From assembly GCA_017302855.1 (NCBI GenBank), contig JAFLBY010000002.1, forward strand, positions 1 to 59,331: 59,331 nucleotides of DNA, in the 5' to 3' direction. A program made the translations under genes and the position numbers. This document shows positions 1 through 10,520 of this stretch, one piece after another. The stretch comes from Candidatus Kapaibacterium sp. GTDB lineage: Bacteria > Bacteroidota > Ignavibacteria > Kapaibacteriales > UBA961. Each line of letters opens with the position of its first letter. Within the stretch, counting starts at the first letter, position 1. A model generated the notes under the pieces. The model worked only from the letters and a program-made list of their open reading frames with translations, ran no database searches and was not told where the DNA came from.

Positions 1-55
1 AATGTAGTCCTGCACATAAACACAATAGCAGAACTGCGTAGCGTACTGTCTTCAT
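1..55 (-). CDS. 5' end of a secreted or lipoprotein-like CDS running off the left edge (MKTVRYAVLLLCLCAGLH...)
   Basis: ATG at 55..53 is preceded by AAGGAGA (69..63) about 8 nt upstream. Eighteen signal-peptide-like codons stay open to position 1. It is too short to appear in the ORF track. Confidence 0.35.
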   Translation of the reverse strand, partial: MKTVRYAVLLLCLCAGLH

Positions 56-488
56 AAAACAGTCTCCTTAATATAAGTGAAACAGAAATAACATTCTCAC
101 ATACAAACTACCACTCATTCACAACAAAATAAATCAGGTATTCACTTTGAGGAAGCGGTAAATATTCTTTTATACATGTCGAAAAAAACTTTATGCAAAC
201 TTACACTTTTTACAATAAACACAAACTTAATTTATGTTCATAATTTCTTCACGCTTGTCTTTTTAGCATGATAGAGAAAATTCTTACTTTTCATTCATAT
301 TTTTTTAATCACTTTACATACTACGAAACACAAATAATCAATTATAATTCCTTTACAAGAATTTATGAGATAAGTAGGTATTTTTTCATGAGTGCATAGC
401 TCATATTGGTTCCAAGAACAAAAAAAGTACAGAATTGTAACTTTTACCAGAATGACTGACTCATTAGTCAACAACAATGGAGGATATT

Positions 489-1235
489 ATGACTACGCTT
501 CTGCATCTCTCGGCACATCATAGTGGCACCTATGAACTTTCGGACAGTATGAACCGAACAACCCTCTACAGTTTTTTGTCCACACTCTGCCTTATTTCGG
601 CAATAATGTTATGCTTTTCTTTTTGTTACACTACCCTTGTTTTTCCTGATATAAGTCCGCCGGTAATCATTATTGATGTTGGAAAGCCTAAAATACCGGA
701 TAGTAAAACTACACCGAAAGCCGAAGCTCCCTTAACAAAAAACACAAAAGGATTGATTGGTAAAACAAACCAAACAACTCAAGACACCGTAACGGAAGCA
801 ACAACCGACACACACACTTCCGGATTCTCGGAAATCAATGGCGATGGCAAAGTCGCTGCATCTATATTCGGAGATGGCAATAAAACCCAATCGTCCTTAG
901 TATCTTCACCAATTCCACCAAATTTGGACGAGGATGAAAATGAGTTTGAATTTATTCCGGAAATTGAACCCAACGTTGATATTGCATCAATACAAAAAAA
1001 CGTGGTCTATCCAAGTATGGCAATTCGTTTGGAAAAAGAAGGAGACGTAGTCTTAAAAGTACTTATCAATGAAAAAGGTAAAGCTGAAAACATAGAAATT
1101 GTGTCTTCAACATCGGCTCTATTCGATCAAGCAGCCATAGACGCCTTGAAGCACTATAAAACAAATCCGGCAATGAACAATGGTAAAGCAGTTGCTTATA
1201 CTGTCTATATTCCCATTAAATTCAGATTACGTTAA
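489..1235 (+). CDS. TonB-like energy transducer (C-terminal TonB domain)
   Basis: The C-terminal ~80 aa (VVYPSMAIRLEKEGDVVLKVLINEKGKAENIEIV...AVAYTVYIPIKFRL) fit the TonB C-terminal domain pattern. There is an N-terminal TM helix and a Pro/Thr/Lys-rich linker. GGAGG at 479..483 favours ATG 489 over ATG 477. Confidence 0.75.
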   Translation: MTTLLHLSAHHSGTYELSDSMNRTTLYSFLSTLCLISAIMLCFSFCYTTLVFPDISPPVIIIDVGKPKIPDSKTTPKAEAPLTKNTKGLIGKTNQTTQDTVTEATTDTHTSGFSEINGDGKVAASIFGDGNKTQSSLVSSPIPPNLDEDENEFEFIPEIEPNVDIASIQKNVVYPSMAIRLEKEGDVVLKVLINEKGKAENIEIVSSTSALFDQAAIDALKHYKTNPAMNNGKAVAYTVYIPIKFRLR

Positions 1236-1384
1236 TATGCGGCTGCTCCTATAGAGCCAGAGTTCTATGGTTTTGGAATTTTCACTATTTCAAATCTGTT
1301 CACATCAAGAAAATCAATCATGACAATCGCTGTAATGACTTTAATCTTGGTATAGCTTTGTGCAGAAAAGAATCGTAAATTTGT

Positions 1385-1417
1385 GGGTTGTACTTTGAAA
1401 GTACAACCCTTTTTTTT
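1385..1417 (+). terminator. Rho-independent terminator downstream of the TonB-like gene
   Basis: GGGTTGTACTT-TGA-AAGTACAACCC forms a perfect 11-bp stem with a 3-nt loop (1385..1409), followed by T8 (1410..1417). Confidence 0.75.
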
Positions 1418-1424
1418 GAATAGA

Positions 1425-3020
1425 ATGCACAATATGAGATTTTCATCTTTTCCGGCTTATGCCCTTTTTATTGCTGTCATCGTTATATGTGCATGGTTTT
1501 GGCACAAAGCAACGTATGGGGTGTTTACCTATGCTTTGGACGATGCCTACATTCATTTGGCTATAGGAAAGAATCTTGCAGAACATGGTGTGTGGGGAAT
1601 CACAATGTATGAATTTTCTTCAGCTTCTTCATCGCCATTGTGGACACTTTTGCTGGCTACACTTTATCACATCACAGGTTCATGGTATATATATACACCT
1701 TTGATACTCACTATTTTCAGTGCTTTCGGTATTATATTTATGTTTCAAAAAATACTGCGGCATGAAAGTGTGACGCAGCGTCGGGCAGCAACAGCTTTAG
1801 GAATACTTATTTTTTGCGTTCCATTGTTTCCACTTATTGCCGGAGGCATGGAAAATATTCTTTTTGCATTTTTTGTTATATGTACTATCTATGTAGTCCT
1901 TATAAAAAAAGAATATATGCCATACGCCATCTTTATATTTGCATTTTGTATGACAGCAACACGTTATGAAGGTGCCTTTGTCACAGCTGCATTATCTATA
2001 CCGTTACTATACAAAAAAAAATGGAAAACTCTCTCACTTATTCTTCTTGCTACTTGTATTCCCATTCTCGCATTCGGGCTTTATTTTTACAGTCAAGGCG
2101 GATATTTTTTCCCTAATTCTGTTTTAATTAAAGGTAATATTAATGGTGGAATTATCGGCATTGCACGTGGTATTGGCTATTCGATGAAAGTCATGATTCA
2201 AAATTATTCACCATTCCCTGCATTATTACTTTTTTTATGTGGTCTGCTGTACACACAATTTACACATAAAAATCCCCGATTTTCTCTTACATGTACAACA
2301 GTAATCACTTTTGTTCTTCATCTCGGTTTTGCACAGTTTGGGTGGGTTTATCGCTATGAAGCGTATCTTGTTCTTATGTCAATCACGACAATCACACTAT
2401 CACGCGACACAGTTTCTATAGTACTATCCTCAAATAAATACTCACGTTATGTCTATTTTCTCTTGATTGCCTGTATTATTGGTGGAACCATTATACGCAG
2501 CATAGACGGCTATCTGTTACCTCTTCGTTCTGCTCGCGATATTTATTTACAACAGATACAGATGGCTCAGTTTATTAAGCAGTATTTTCCACAGAGCCAT
2601 GTGGTAATGAATGATATTGGCGCAGCTTGTTATTATACGGATATTCATTGTGTAGATGCGTATGGTTTGGCAACAGTTGATATTGCGCGAGCAAAAAAAG
2701 CACGTATTTATACACCATTTTTTTTAGAGGAGTACTGTAAAAAAAATAATGTGGAAATTGCTTTAGTATATGATGATTGGCTTCGTTCCGGTTATATGTA
2801 TGGTAAAAAAGTTCCCGGAGGTATTCCACATTCTTGGAAGCATATAGGTACTTTTGTCTTAGGGCATAATGATTGTGCTATCGGCGGTGATAAAGTATCG
2901 TGCTATGCAATCAAACCTGAATATGCCGATACATTACGTCATAGCTTGCAAACTTTTGCAAAAACTATGAAATTCGGCACACAATCGTATATATCTATCA
3001 ATTCAATGTCTTCTCAATAA
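1425..3020 (+). CDS. Polytopic integral membrane protein, possibly a GT-C-type glycosyltransferase
   Basis: The ORF-track start at 1383 lies inside the terminator hairpin, so ATG 1425 (or 1434) is preferred. The protein has many hydrophobic helices. A DDAYIH motif after the first helix resembles GT-C-fold transferases (weak recognition only). Confidence 0.55.
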   Translation: MHNMRFSSFPAYALFIAVIVICAWFWHKATYGVFTYALDDAYIHLAIGKNLAEHGVWGITMYEFSSASSSPLWTLLLATLYHITGSWYIYTPLILTIFSAFGIIFMFQKILRHESVTQRRAATALGILIFCVPLFPLIAGGMENILFAFFVICTIYVVLIKKEYMPYAIFIFAFCMTATRYEGAFVTAALSIPLLYKKKWKTLSLILLATCIPILAFGLYFYSQGGYFFPNSVLIKGNINGGIIGIARGIGYSMKVMIQNYSPFPALLLFLCGLLYTQFTHKNPRFSLTCTTVITFVLHLGFAQFGWVYRYEAYLVLMSITTITLSRDTVSIVLSSNKYSRYVYFLLIACIIGGTIIRSIDGYLLPLRSARDIYLQQIQMAQFIKQYFPQSHVVMNDIGAACYYTDIHCVDAYGLATVDIARAKKARIYTPFFLEEYCKKNNVEIALVYDDWLRSGYMYGKKVPGGIPHSWKHIGTFVLGHNDCAIGGDKVSCYAIKPEYADTLRHSLQTFAKTMKFGTQSYISINSMSSQ

Positions 3021-3198
3021 TCACGATTATAAATAGTGTATCTATCCTTAATTTTCCGATTCAGTTATTGTGTATTATTTGACAACAATTTTCTGAAAAT
3101 GTTTTGTTAATACAACCGTGTAATGTTTGAATCCGTGTAAAGTTCATATAATACCATAAGCGACAGATACGTCTTCGGGCTATATTATCAACAAGTTT

Positions 3199-4980
3199 AT
3201 GGCAAAAAAATCTACTCTTCCTTCCGAACGACTTTCAGGTGTGGAATCGCGTCGTCAATTATCATTTTTACTTTCTCTTTATAAGCCCTTCGCTTTTCGA
3301 GCAGTTGTCTCATTGGTATTTATGACACTTACCGCATCAGTGGGTTTACTCTTCCCGCGACTCACCGGCGGTTTGCTTGATGCCGTGCTCCATCCCGACA
3401 CTGTACGTTTTTCCGCAGGGGAAATAGCTCTCGGACTTCTTTCGCTTATTGCTTTACAAAGTATCATTCGTTATATTTTCTCCGTGCAACTTACGACCAT
3501 TACAGAAAAAGTTGTTGCACAATTACGCACTCATGTTTTTGAACATTTGGTGCGTTTACCGATGAGCTTTTTTGCAGAAAGAAGGGTAGGGGAGCTTGGG
3601 TCGCGCTTAACTGCTGATTTAACACAAATACAAGAAACGCTTGGTTTTACCTCACTTGAAATATTACGCCAAACGGTATTTCTTTTTGGTGGAATTATTT
3701 TTATTATGACTCAAAGTTTGCAACTTGCCGTGCCCATCCTTACAGCTTTGCCCGTGTTAATTGCCGCAGCAGTTCTTTTTGGCAGACGCATTCGTAAACA
3801 CAGCACAAAAACACAAGACGCTCTTGCCCATGCTTCTACGGTTGTTGAGGAATCTTTACAAGCAATCGCCAGCGTTAAGTCCTATAGAAATGAACAGTAT
3901 GAATCCTCGCGCTACGGCACGGCTTTGCATACTTCCGTACATTTGGCAATACTCACCGCCAAGATGCGTTCGGCTTTTGTGTCATTTATTCTTTTTGCTT
4001 TTTTTGGCAGTATTTCGGGTGTATTATGGTATGGTGCATCCCTGATTGATCAACAAAAAATAACCTTTGGTGATTTTGCTACATTTCTTATGTATGCTAT
4101 GTTCGTCGGTGGCGCAATGGGCAGCTTTGCCGAATTACTCAGCCAAGTACAAAGGGCATTGGGGGCAGCAGTAAGGGTGCAAGAAATACTCAATGAAACA
4201 GCAGAACATGATGATTTTCCCCATGACACTTTGCATAGCGCAGAATTGCGTTCCCTTCGTTTTGACCATGTGACATTTGCCTATCCTTCACGTCCGGATA
4301 TCAATGTCTTGAATGATATTTCTTTATCTGTTGAGGCAGGACAAAGAGTGGCATTTGTCGGAGAAAGCGGCGCAGGCAAATCAACTATGGCAGCTCTTAT
4401 ACAACGGTTATATGCTCCGCAAAAGGGCACTATTACTTTCAATTCTTTACCGTCAGACAGTTTGCCTCTTGGTGCAATACGTCAAGCCATTGGCATTGTC
4501 CCGCAAGACATTACTCTCTTTGGCGGCACTATTCGCGATAATATTCTCTATGGCAATCTCCATGCAAACGATGAACAATTATGGCAAGCGGCAACTCTGG
4601 CAAATGCTGCGGACTTTATTCGCAATTTTCCCGAAGGTATGGAAACGATAGTCGGTGAACGCGGTGTTAAATTATCAGGTGGTCAAAGACAAAGAATTGC
4701 TATTGCACGTGCTATACTTAAAAATCCACCTATTCTTATTTTGGATGAAGCAACTAGTTCACTCGATTCGGAAAGTGAACAGCTTATACAACAAGCATTG
4801 GAACGACTTATGAGCGGACGCACAACCATCATCATTGCCCATCGTTTATCTACTATTCGTCAATGCGACAATATTCTTGTTTTTGCCAAAGGTTCCATTA
4901 TCGAATCGGGTACACATGAAGAACTAATCGCTCTCGGTGGTAAATATGCATCCTTATGTGCTTTGCAATTTGTGGAATAA
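3199..4980 (+). CDS. ABC exporter, fused permease and ATPase (MsbA-like)
   Basis: Six-helix N-terminal TMD. Walker A GESGAGKST, ABC signature LSGGQRQRIAIARA, Walker B ILILDEATS and an H-loop IIIAHRLST are all present. Confidence 0.9.
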   Translation: MAKKSTLPSERLSGVESRRQLSFLLSLYKPFAFRAVVSLVFMTLTASVGLLFPRLTGGLLDAVLHPDTVRFSAGEIALGLLSLIALQSIIRYIFSVQLTTITEKVVAQLRTHVFEHLVRLPMSFFAERRVGELGSRLTADLTQIQETLGFTSLEILRQTVFLFGGIIFIMTQSLQLAVPILTALPVLIAAAVLFGRRIRKHSTKTQDALAHASTVVEESLQAIASVKSYRNEQYESSRYGTALHTSVHLAILTAKMRSAFVSFILFAFFGSISGVLWYGASLIDQQKITFGDFATFLMYAMFVGGAMGSFAELLSQVQRALGAAVRVQEILNETAEHDDFPHDTLHSAELRSLRFDHVTFAYPSRPDINVLNDISLSVEAGQRVAFVGESGAGKSTMAALIQRLYAPQKGTITFNSLPSDSLPLGAIRQAIGIVPQDITLFGGTIRDNILYGNLHANDEQLWQAATLANAADFIRNFPEGMETIVGERGVKLSGGQRQRIAIARAILKNPPILILDEATSSLDSESEQLIQQALERLMSGRTTIIIAHRLSTIRQCDNILVFAKGSIIESGTHEELIALGGKYASLCALQFVE

Positions 4981-5001
4981 TTGCGCACTATGACAATATA
5001 A

Positions 5002-5304
5002 TTATTTTTCCAAGTGTTTTTTCACAACAGAAGCAACCGTGTTTTTATTAATATTTTTTCGTTGACAGTATGGACTCTGCAACCAATCCTTGAGCACTTT
5101 ATTATTTTTACTTGCATTGCATGACCTGCAACACAGGGCTATATTATCTGCACCATTCAATGCTGTATCATTAATAATATGCTCCCATGTTTTTTTTGAT
5201 GTTGTACTCATATTGTCAAATGGAATACTGCAATAGACGCATGATTGATCACGTGCTATAACAGCAGTTTCTACATCTTGTGGAATGCCCCAACGATTTG
5301 CCAT
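5002..5304 (-). CDS. Small stand-alone HNH endonuclease-family protein
   Basis: CVYC...WEHIIND...N...CCRSCNASKNNK matches the CxxC / H / N / CxxC-N layout typical of an HNH zinc finger. Confidence 0.7.
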   Translation of the reverse strand: MANRWGIPQDVETAVIARDQSCVYCSIPFDNMSTTSKKTWEHIINDTALNGADNIALCCRSCNASKNNKVLKDWLQSPYCQRKNINKNTVASVVKKHLEK

Positions 5305-5357
5305 ATAATTCTTTACTAGTCTATGAACAAATGAGTATGTTTCGACTTATATACGTA

Positions 5358-6179
5358 TTACTCTTTCAATGCTCCGGCTGTTAATCCTTGAATAATTTGC
5401 TTGTGGAACACAATAAATAACACAAGGACAGGAATAGCGGAAATTCCCGCGCCTGCCATTAAATGCCCCCAATCTATGGATTGTTTTCCTATATAGAATG
5501 CTAATCCAACCGGGAGTGTTCTCATACTTTCTTCATTCGTAAATAAAAACGGAAATAAAAAAGAATTCCAATTTCCGAGAAAAATATAAATACCCAAGAC
5601 TGTCAATACAGGTTTGCACAAAGGCATCACTATTCTGAATAAGATATACCATTCACCTGCGCCGTCAATACGTGCTGCATCTTCAATATCCGTAGGTAAT
5701 CCTTGAATATATTGCCTCAATAAAAAAATACCGAACGGTGTCACCATCCATGGCACAATTAATGCCCAATAGGTATTTATCCACCCGAATTGCACCATTA
5801 AACGATATAATGGTATCATGATTACTTGCGGCGGGATAATCAATACGCCCAGAATTGTCATAAATAATAGGGGTTTTCCTATAAAATCCCGACGGGCAAA
5901 AGCATAACCGCACATCAAACAAAAAAGCATATTGCCCACAGTGACAACTAAGCCCACAATAACAGAGTTTAGAAAGTACATACCGAATGTATCTGACCCG
6001 AGTGCATCAGCATAATTTTTCAGTACCGTCGGGGCACTTAATAAAGAAAAAAATGTCTCATAGCTTTCGGGATGTTCACGCAATGACAGTAAAATCATCC
6101 AAAACATCGGGAAAATCATGCCCGCAGCTATAAGCAAAAGTATGCCGTGGAGTAAAACACTTTGTATCTTCTGCTTCAT
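5358..6179 (-). CDS. Carbohydrate-type ABC transporter permease (MalG/BPD_transp_1-like)
   Basis: Six TM helices and an EAA loop (DIEDAARIDGAGEWYILFRIVMPLCKP). No partner permease, binding protein or ATPase gene is adjacent. Confidence 0.85.
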   Translation of the reverse strand: MKQKIQSVLLHGILLLIAAGMIFPMFWMILLSLREHPESYETFFSLLSAPTVLKNYADALGSDTFGMYFLNSVIVGLVVTVGNMLFCLMCGYAFARRDFIGKPLLFMTILGVLIIPPQVIMIPLYRLMVQFGWINTYWALIVPWMVTPFGIFLLRQYIQGLPTDIEDAARIDGAGEWYILFRIVMPLCKPVLTVLGIYIFLGNWNSFLFPFLFTNEESMRTLPVGLAFYIGKQSIDWGHLMAGAGISAIPVLVLFIVFHKQIIQGLTAGALKE

Positions 6180-7714
6180 CGTTTAATCTCCGCCATTCCC
6201 GCAGCATCCAATACAGCCCCCTGAGCAACTAAAGTGCGTACAGCAGCAATGTCTTTATACAGCACTCTGTCCGTCTCTGCAAAAGGTACTTTAGCACGCA
6301 CGGTTGCCATGACGCGCTCTAAACGTTCACTTGTTTTTAAGGGACGATGGAACTCTATTGCTTGTGCAGCACACAATAATTCTATAGAAATCACAGAGAT
6401 ACTATTTTGCACCACCTTCCATGCTTTTTGAGCTGCAATACTTCCCATTGAATTATGATCTTCTTGATTGCCGCTTGTCGGTATGGAATCCACACTCGCC
6501 GGATGGCACAAAACTTTATTTTCCGACACAATAGAAGCCGAATTATATTGCGCTATCATCATACCCGATTGTACGCCGCCTTTGGTTGTTAAAAATCGAG
6601 GTAAACCGCAACTTAATGCACCATTGACCATCCGTTCGGTGCGACGCTCGGAAATATTCGCTAATTCAGCACAAGCGATTGCCAAAAAATCTAAAGCAAG
6701 TGCCAATGGTTGTCCATGAAAATTACCTCCTTCGATAGGTTCACCTGTTTCCGGAAAAATCAATGGATTATCATTCACTGAATTAAGCTCCGTGGCAATC
6801 ACTTTATAGACATAATCAATGGCATCGCGCGAAGCTCCATGCACTTGGGGCATACATCGCAAAGAATAGGCATCTTGCACACGATCATCATTTTCAAGAT
6901 GGGAAACACGGATTTCACTACCCTCAAGCAATGCACGAAGATTATATGCCGAACTCATTTGCCCCGCAAAACCGCGCAAAGCATGGATTCGTTCATCAAA
7001 GGCTTTATCCGTGCCGCGCAGAGCATCGGTGGTGAGCGCCCCGACAATATCCGCATTATCTGCCAATTGTTGTGCCGTAAATACTGCAAAAGCACCGTAC
7101 GCGCACATCATCTGCGTACCGTTAATCAATGCCAAACCTTCTTTTGCTTTTAATCGTACCGGCTCTATGCCATGACGTTTTAAAACCTCTGCCGACTCTT
7201 CTGTGCCGCCGTCCGCACTCAATATTTCGCCTCTTCCAATTAATGATAAAGCTATATGGGACAACTGCGCTAAATCACCGCTGCTGCCCACAGAACCTTG
7301 CGAGGGAATTGCAGGTACTATGCCCGCATTGAACATGGCTATCAATGCTTCTACTGTGGACAATCGAATACCCGAATGACCTTTTGCCAAAGCATTAATA
7401 CGCAAGATAATCATTGCACGCACAATATAATCGGGCAAAAAATCTCCCGTGCCAACACTATGCGAGATAATAAGATTTTCTTGTAAATCCTCGATTTCAT
7501 GAGGGTTAATCACAACATTCGCAAATTCCCCAAACCCTGTGGTTATACCGTACACAACACGATGTTCCGCCACCCAGTCATCCACAACAGCACGCGCACG
7601 CTCTATTGCCGAACGTGATGCATCCGTAAGACTAAGAACTGAAGAATAATCACGGGCAGCATGAACAAGCTGCTCAATTGTCAAAGAGTTACCATCAAGA
7701 AAAAGTGTTGCCAT
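6176..7714 (-). CDS. hutH: Histidine ammonia-lyase family (MIO-dependent aromatic amino acid lyase)
   Basis: Full-length lyase_aromatic pattern: GITTGFG, NLIISHSVG (Ser-His selectivity pair as in HAL), the MIO region GSVGSSGDLAQLSH (SSG rather than ASG), NGTQ, QDAYSLRC and NFHGQP. Its stop overlaps the permease start by 4 nt. Confidence 0.85.
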   Translation of the reverse strand: MATLFLDGNSLTIEQLVHAARDYSSVLSLTDASRSAIERARAVVDDWVAEHRVVYGITTGFGEFANVVINPHEIEDLQENLIISHSVGTGDFLPDYIVRAMIILRINALAKGHSGIRLSTVEALIAMFNAGIVPAIPSQGSVGSSGDLAQLSHIALSLIGRGEILSADGGTEESAEVLKRHGIEPVRLKAKEGLALINGTQMMCAYGAFAVFTAQQLADNADIVGALTTDALRGTDKAFDERIHALRGFAGQMSSAYNLRALLEGSEIRVSHLENDDRVQDAYSLRCMPQVHGASRDAIDYVYKVIATELNSVNDNPLIFPETGEPIEGGNFHGQPLALALDFLAIACAELANISERRTERMVNGALSCGLPRFLTTKGGVQSGMMIAQYNSASIVSENKVLCHPASVDSIPTSGNQEDHNSMGSIAAQKAWKVVQNSISVISIELLCAAQAIEFHRPLKTSERLERVMATVRAKVPFAETDRVLYKDIAAVRTLVAQGAVLDAAGMAEIKR

Positions 7715-7998
7715 AGTCTGTCAATCGGATATGTAAATGAAGATTTCAAAAGCAAAATTAGCGGATTTATACCAAGATTAAAGTGATTGTAGAGATTTCA
7801 TGATTGACTTTCTTGATTTGCAGGGATTTGAAACACTGAAAACTCCAAAACCACTTTGTTACCTCAATAACTCTTTCCTCAATGGATGAATAACAGAAGA
7901 AAATATGCTTTTTATTTTGACTGTTCATAAATAACCCTAAATTTGCATTAGTGATATACAATACCCAATCATTTTTCAACAACTATACCATTTACAGT

Positions 7999-9195
7999 AT
8001 GTACAGAACAGGTTTTTATTTCCCGGAGATTTTTCGCGAGCGCTATGACGCTGTACGCGAGAAGTACGGCTCGCAAGTTGACTCATATCTCGCCTATACT
8101 TTGGTAGGTGACCCGCTTGCCGATGCTGTCGTCGAAGAATTTCATGCCTTAGGTCGTCATGACTTGATGCATGTTTTGGCACAAGCATTGGATGAAGGCA
8201 TTGAAACTATACCGGATGCACCGGAGTCACTTCAACGGCTTTTTGAAGAGAACATAGATCGTGTTCCGTATTGGGTAAATCGTGAGATGATGAAAACCGG
8301 CACAGAGGTTTTTTTAGATCATAGTGAAGTCTTTTTAGCATCGTTTACAGCGCGTGTACTGCCTTTGGGATTTATGACATCCATCAATAAGCCATTTGCA
8401 GCAACACATCGTTTGGAAGAAAGCGGTGTATCGCGTTTGCGTGCAAATAATCGTCACTTTGTTGAATCGTTTTTACCCGGTGGCATGGAACGTTTCGGCG
8501 ATGGCTTCAAACTGAGCGTTCGCATACGTATGATACATGCGCATCTGCGACAGTTATTTATCAAAAGAGGGGAATGGGACTCAAACCGTCTTGGTCATCC
8601 TTTACATTCAGCTCATACCACATTTGCTTATGTTGCATTTTCAGCTATGCTGTGGGAAACAGGTAAAATGTTAGGTATGATAGAAAGTGAAAAGCGCTCA
8701 GCCGGATTTATGAATGTATGGAAATATATGGGCTACTTGATGGGTATTCCTGCCGATTTGCTCGTTGATACCGTAGAAGAAGGCGTAAAGATTTTTAATA
8801 TGGGATGGGATCTTGATCACAATGTGGATGATGATGCTCGTCGCATTGTCCATACCCTTATTCATGCCGCTCCGGTAGTTGCTAATGTGACAGACCCCAA
8901 AGAGCGTGAAGATTTAACAGAGAAAATTTATAGTGTCTCGCGCGGATTACTTGGCGATGAGTTGGCAGACGCACTCCATTATCCACAACATTCAGGACAG
9001 TTGACAACCGCATTGCTACGAGCACAAGTAAAATGGATGCATTGGAAAGATATACTCATACCCGGAGCTAAAGAAAAACATCGGCTTGCAAGTATGGAAA
9101 AGCTTTTTGATGTTTCCTACTTCCAAAATATTAAAATTGATTATACTCCACCAAAAGATGTACGCTTTCACAAAGGCGATCATGAAGCAAATTAA
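7999..9195 (+). CDS. Hypothetical protein, possibly MpaB/DUF2236-family oxygenase-like
   Basis: Long clean ORF. Recognition is weak and rests on general similarity to DUF2236 proteins (RIRMIHAHLR segment). ATG 7999 is chosen over GTG 7951. Confidence 0.45.
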   Translation: MYRTGFYFPEIFRERYDAVREKYGSQVDSYLAYTLVGDPLADAVVEEFHALGRHDLMHVLAQALDEGIETIPDAPESLQRLFEENIDRVPYWVNREMMKTGTEVFLDHSEVFLASFTARVLPLGFMTSINKPFAATHRLEESGVSRLRANNRHFVESFLPGGMERFGDGFKLSVRIRMIHAHLRQLFIKRGEWDSNRLGHPLHSAHTTFAYVAFSAMLWETGKMLGMIESEKRSAGFMNVWKYMGYLMGIPADLLVDTVEEGVKIFNMGWDLDHNVDDDARRIVHTLIHAAPVVANVTDPKEREDLTEKIYSVSRGLLGDELADALHYPQHSGQLTTALLRAQVKWMHWKDILIPGAKEKHRLASMEKLFDVSYFQNIKIDYTPPKDVRFHKGDHEAN

Positions 9196-9212
9196 AAGAA
9201 AGGATAACAATA

Positions 9213-9536
9213 ATGCTTACAATTTCCCATACTGAATCCGATAAAGACACGATTATTACGGCTAATGGCTCGATAGACAGTACATCAGCTGATGATCTTG
9301 ACTCATATTTTCAGCAATTTTTTACAAATGAAAAACGACGTATTCTTTTCGACATGACTGAAATTCGCTATATCAGCAGTGCTGGTTTACGCGTATTATT
9401 AACTGCACAAAAATCATTAAAACCCAAAGGCGGAGAAATTGTGCTATGCGGCATCAATGATAATGTGAAGCAAGTAATCGAATTATCCGGTTTTCATGCA
9501 TTATTTCATTTTGCATCTTCGGTTGTGACAGCTTAA
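9213..9536 (+). CDS. STAS-domain protein (anti-sigma-factor antagonist, SpoIIAA-like)
   Basis: 107 aa with the conserved phosphorylatable-serine context YISSAGLRVLL and a C-terminal GFHALF segment. Confidence 0.8.
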   Translation: MLTISHTESDKDTIITANGSIDSTSADDLDSYFQQFFTNEKRRILFDMTEIRYISSAGLRVLLTAQKSLKPKGGEIVLCGINDNVKQVIELSGFHALFHFASSVVTA

Positions 9537-9581
9537 TGTTTTCACAACGAACTCGTTCCCTCAATCATTGCTTTTACCATA

Positions 9582-9615
9582 CGAATGTCCGCTTTTTTTC
9601 AAAAGCGGACATTCG
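9582..9615. terminator. Strong hairpin terminator after the STAS gene
   Basis: CGAATGTCCGCTTTT-TTTC-AAAAGCGGACATTCG forms a 15-bp stem. The T/A tracts are embedded in the stem, so it could act in both directions. Confidence 0.7.
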
Positions 9616-9858
9616 TGTTCATACACAACATTGTTTAGAAATCCCCCTATACTTTACCCGATGATTACAGCACTTGTACATACGTTCTAGATGTGTCAGG
9701 ATATAAAAACAAAAACAACGAAAACCACTTTATTTCCTGTATAGTATAAGAAATTCACATTTGTTTGTGTAGATAAACTTTTGTAGTTTGGGGGAAAGAC
9801 GGTTAAAAAGTATGCTTCTTAACAAAGAAACTTTTATTTTTGCAACAACCTTTATGAT

Positions 9859-10176
9859 ATGATAAAACAACTAATGTAAAGTTGAGTTTTTAGAAGAAGA
9901 TTCAGAGTTTCTTGAGAGTCTTGAAGAAAGAGTAAGAGATAATAGCATTTACAGCATTACAAAAGCAAGGTTTTCAAACAATAAAGAACTTTTCAAAAAA
10001 TTGACAGATGAAATTTGGGAGTTTAGAATACTGATTAATAAGACCTAGTTCGGAATTTTTGCTTTTTAATCAATCAGCGAAGATGAACACGGTTGTCATA
10101 TCTGATAAAGAAAACGGATAAAACTCCACTAAGTGACTTGGATAAAGTAAGGCGTTTGGAAAAAAAACTATTTTGA
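9859..10176 (+). pseudogene. Degraded HigB/Gp49-like (RelE superfamily) toxin gene
   Basis: Manual translation gives MIKQLM*, then in another frame VEFLEEDSEFLESLEERVRD...LTDEIWEFRILINKT*, then ..FGIFAF.., then LIKKTDKTPLSDLDKVRRLEKKLF*. All pieces fit the Gp49/HigB pattern (iwElR, yRifaF, KKt.ktP) but are split by stops and frameshifts. Confidence 0.6.
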
Positions 10177-10194
10177 ACGTATAGACAAGAAAAA

Positions 10195-10520
10195 ATGAGG
10201 AAGCAAGGATTAACAACTTATAGCATAGATGACATTGCCGACAAACACATCGGTAAACCTGGGACAGTAAAACGTGAATCTTTTGAGAATGAATTACGGC
10301 TTGGCTTACTTAGGGGGCAATCAGACAAGTACATTTAAAGCGTAACTTGACCTAAGAAGAGATTGGACGACTTGTAGGTGTTCAGAAAGTCCAAATTTCA
10401 AAACTTGAGAATAGCTTGACAGACGCAAGATTTGATACAATAATTAAGGTGTTTAAGGCACTGAATGCAAAGATACATTTCAATGTGGAGTTGCTTAATC
10501 AGTCAGTAAAACTCTCTTAA
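10195..10520 (+). pseudogene. Degraded XRE-family HTH antitoxin (HigA-like)
   Basis: MRKQGLTTYSIDDIADKHIGKPGTVKRESFENELRLGLL.. is interrupted. It resumes in another frame as ..EEIGRLVGVQKVQISKLENSLTDARFDTIIKVFKALNAKIHFNVELL, a typical HTH_XRE core. Confidence 0.6.

Noticed and set aside
1383-1424. The ORF-track start (position 1383) for the membrane protein.
   Set aside because: These codons are the stem-loop and T-tract of the upstream terminator. ATG 1425 or 1434 is the more plausible start.
9640-9710. Possible left-hand remnant of the truncated RAYT gene (translation ..SPYTLPDDYSTCTYVLDV.. vaguely like ..LP.YDYS...YF.T.), which would imply that the island inserted into the transposase gene.
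   Set aside because: The similarity is too short and weak to judge by eye. There is no start codon and no flanking direct repeats that I could identify.
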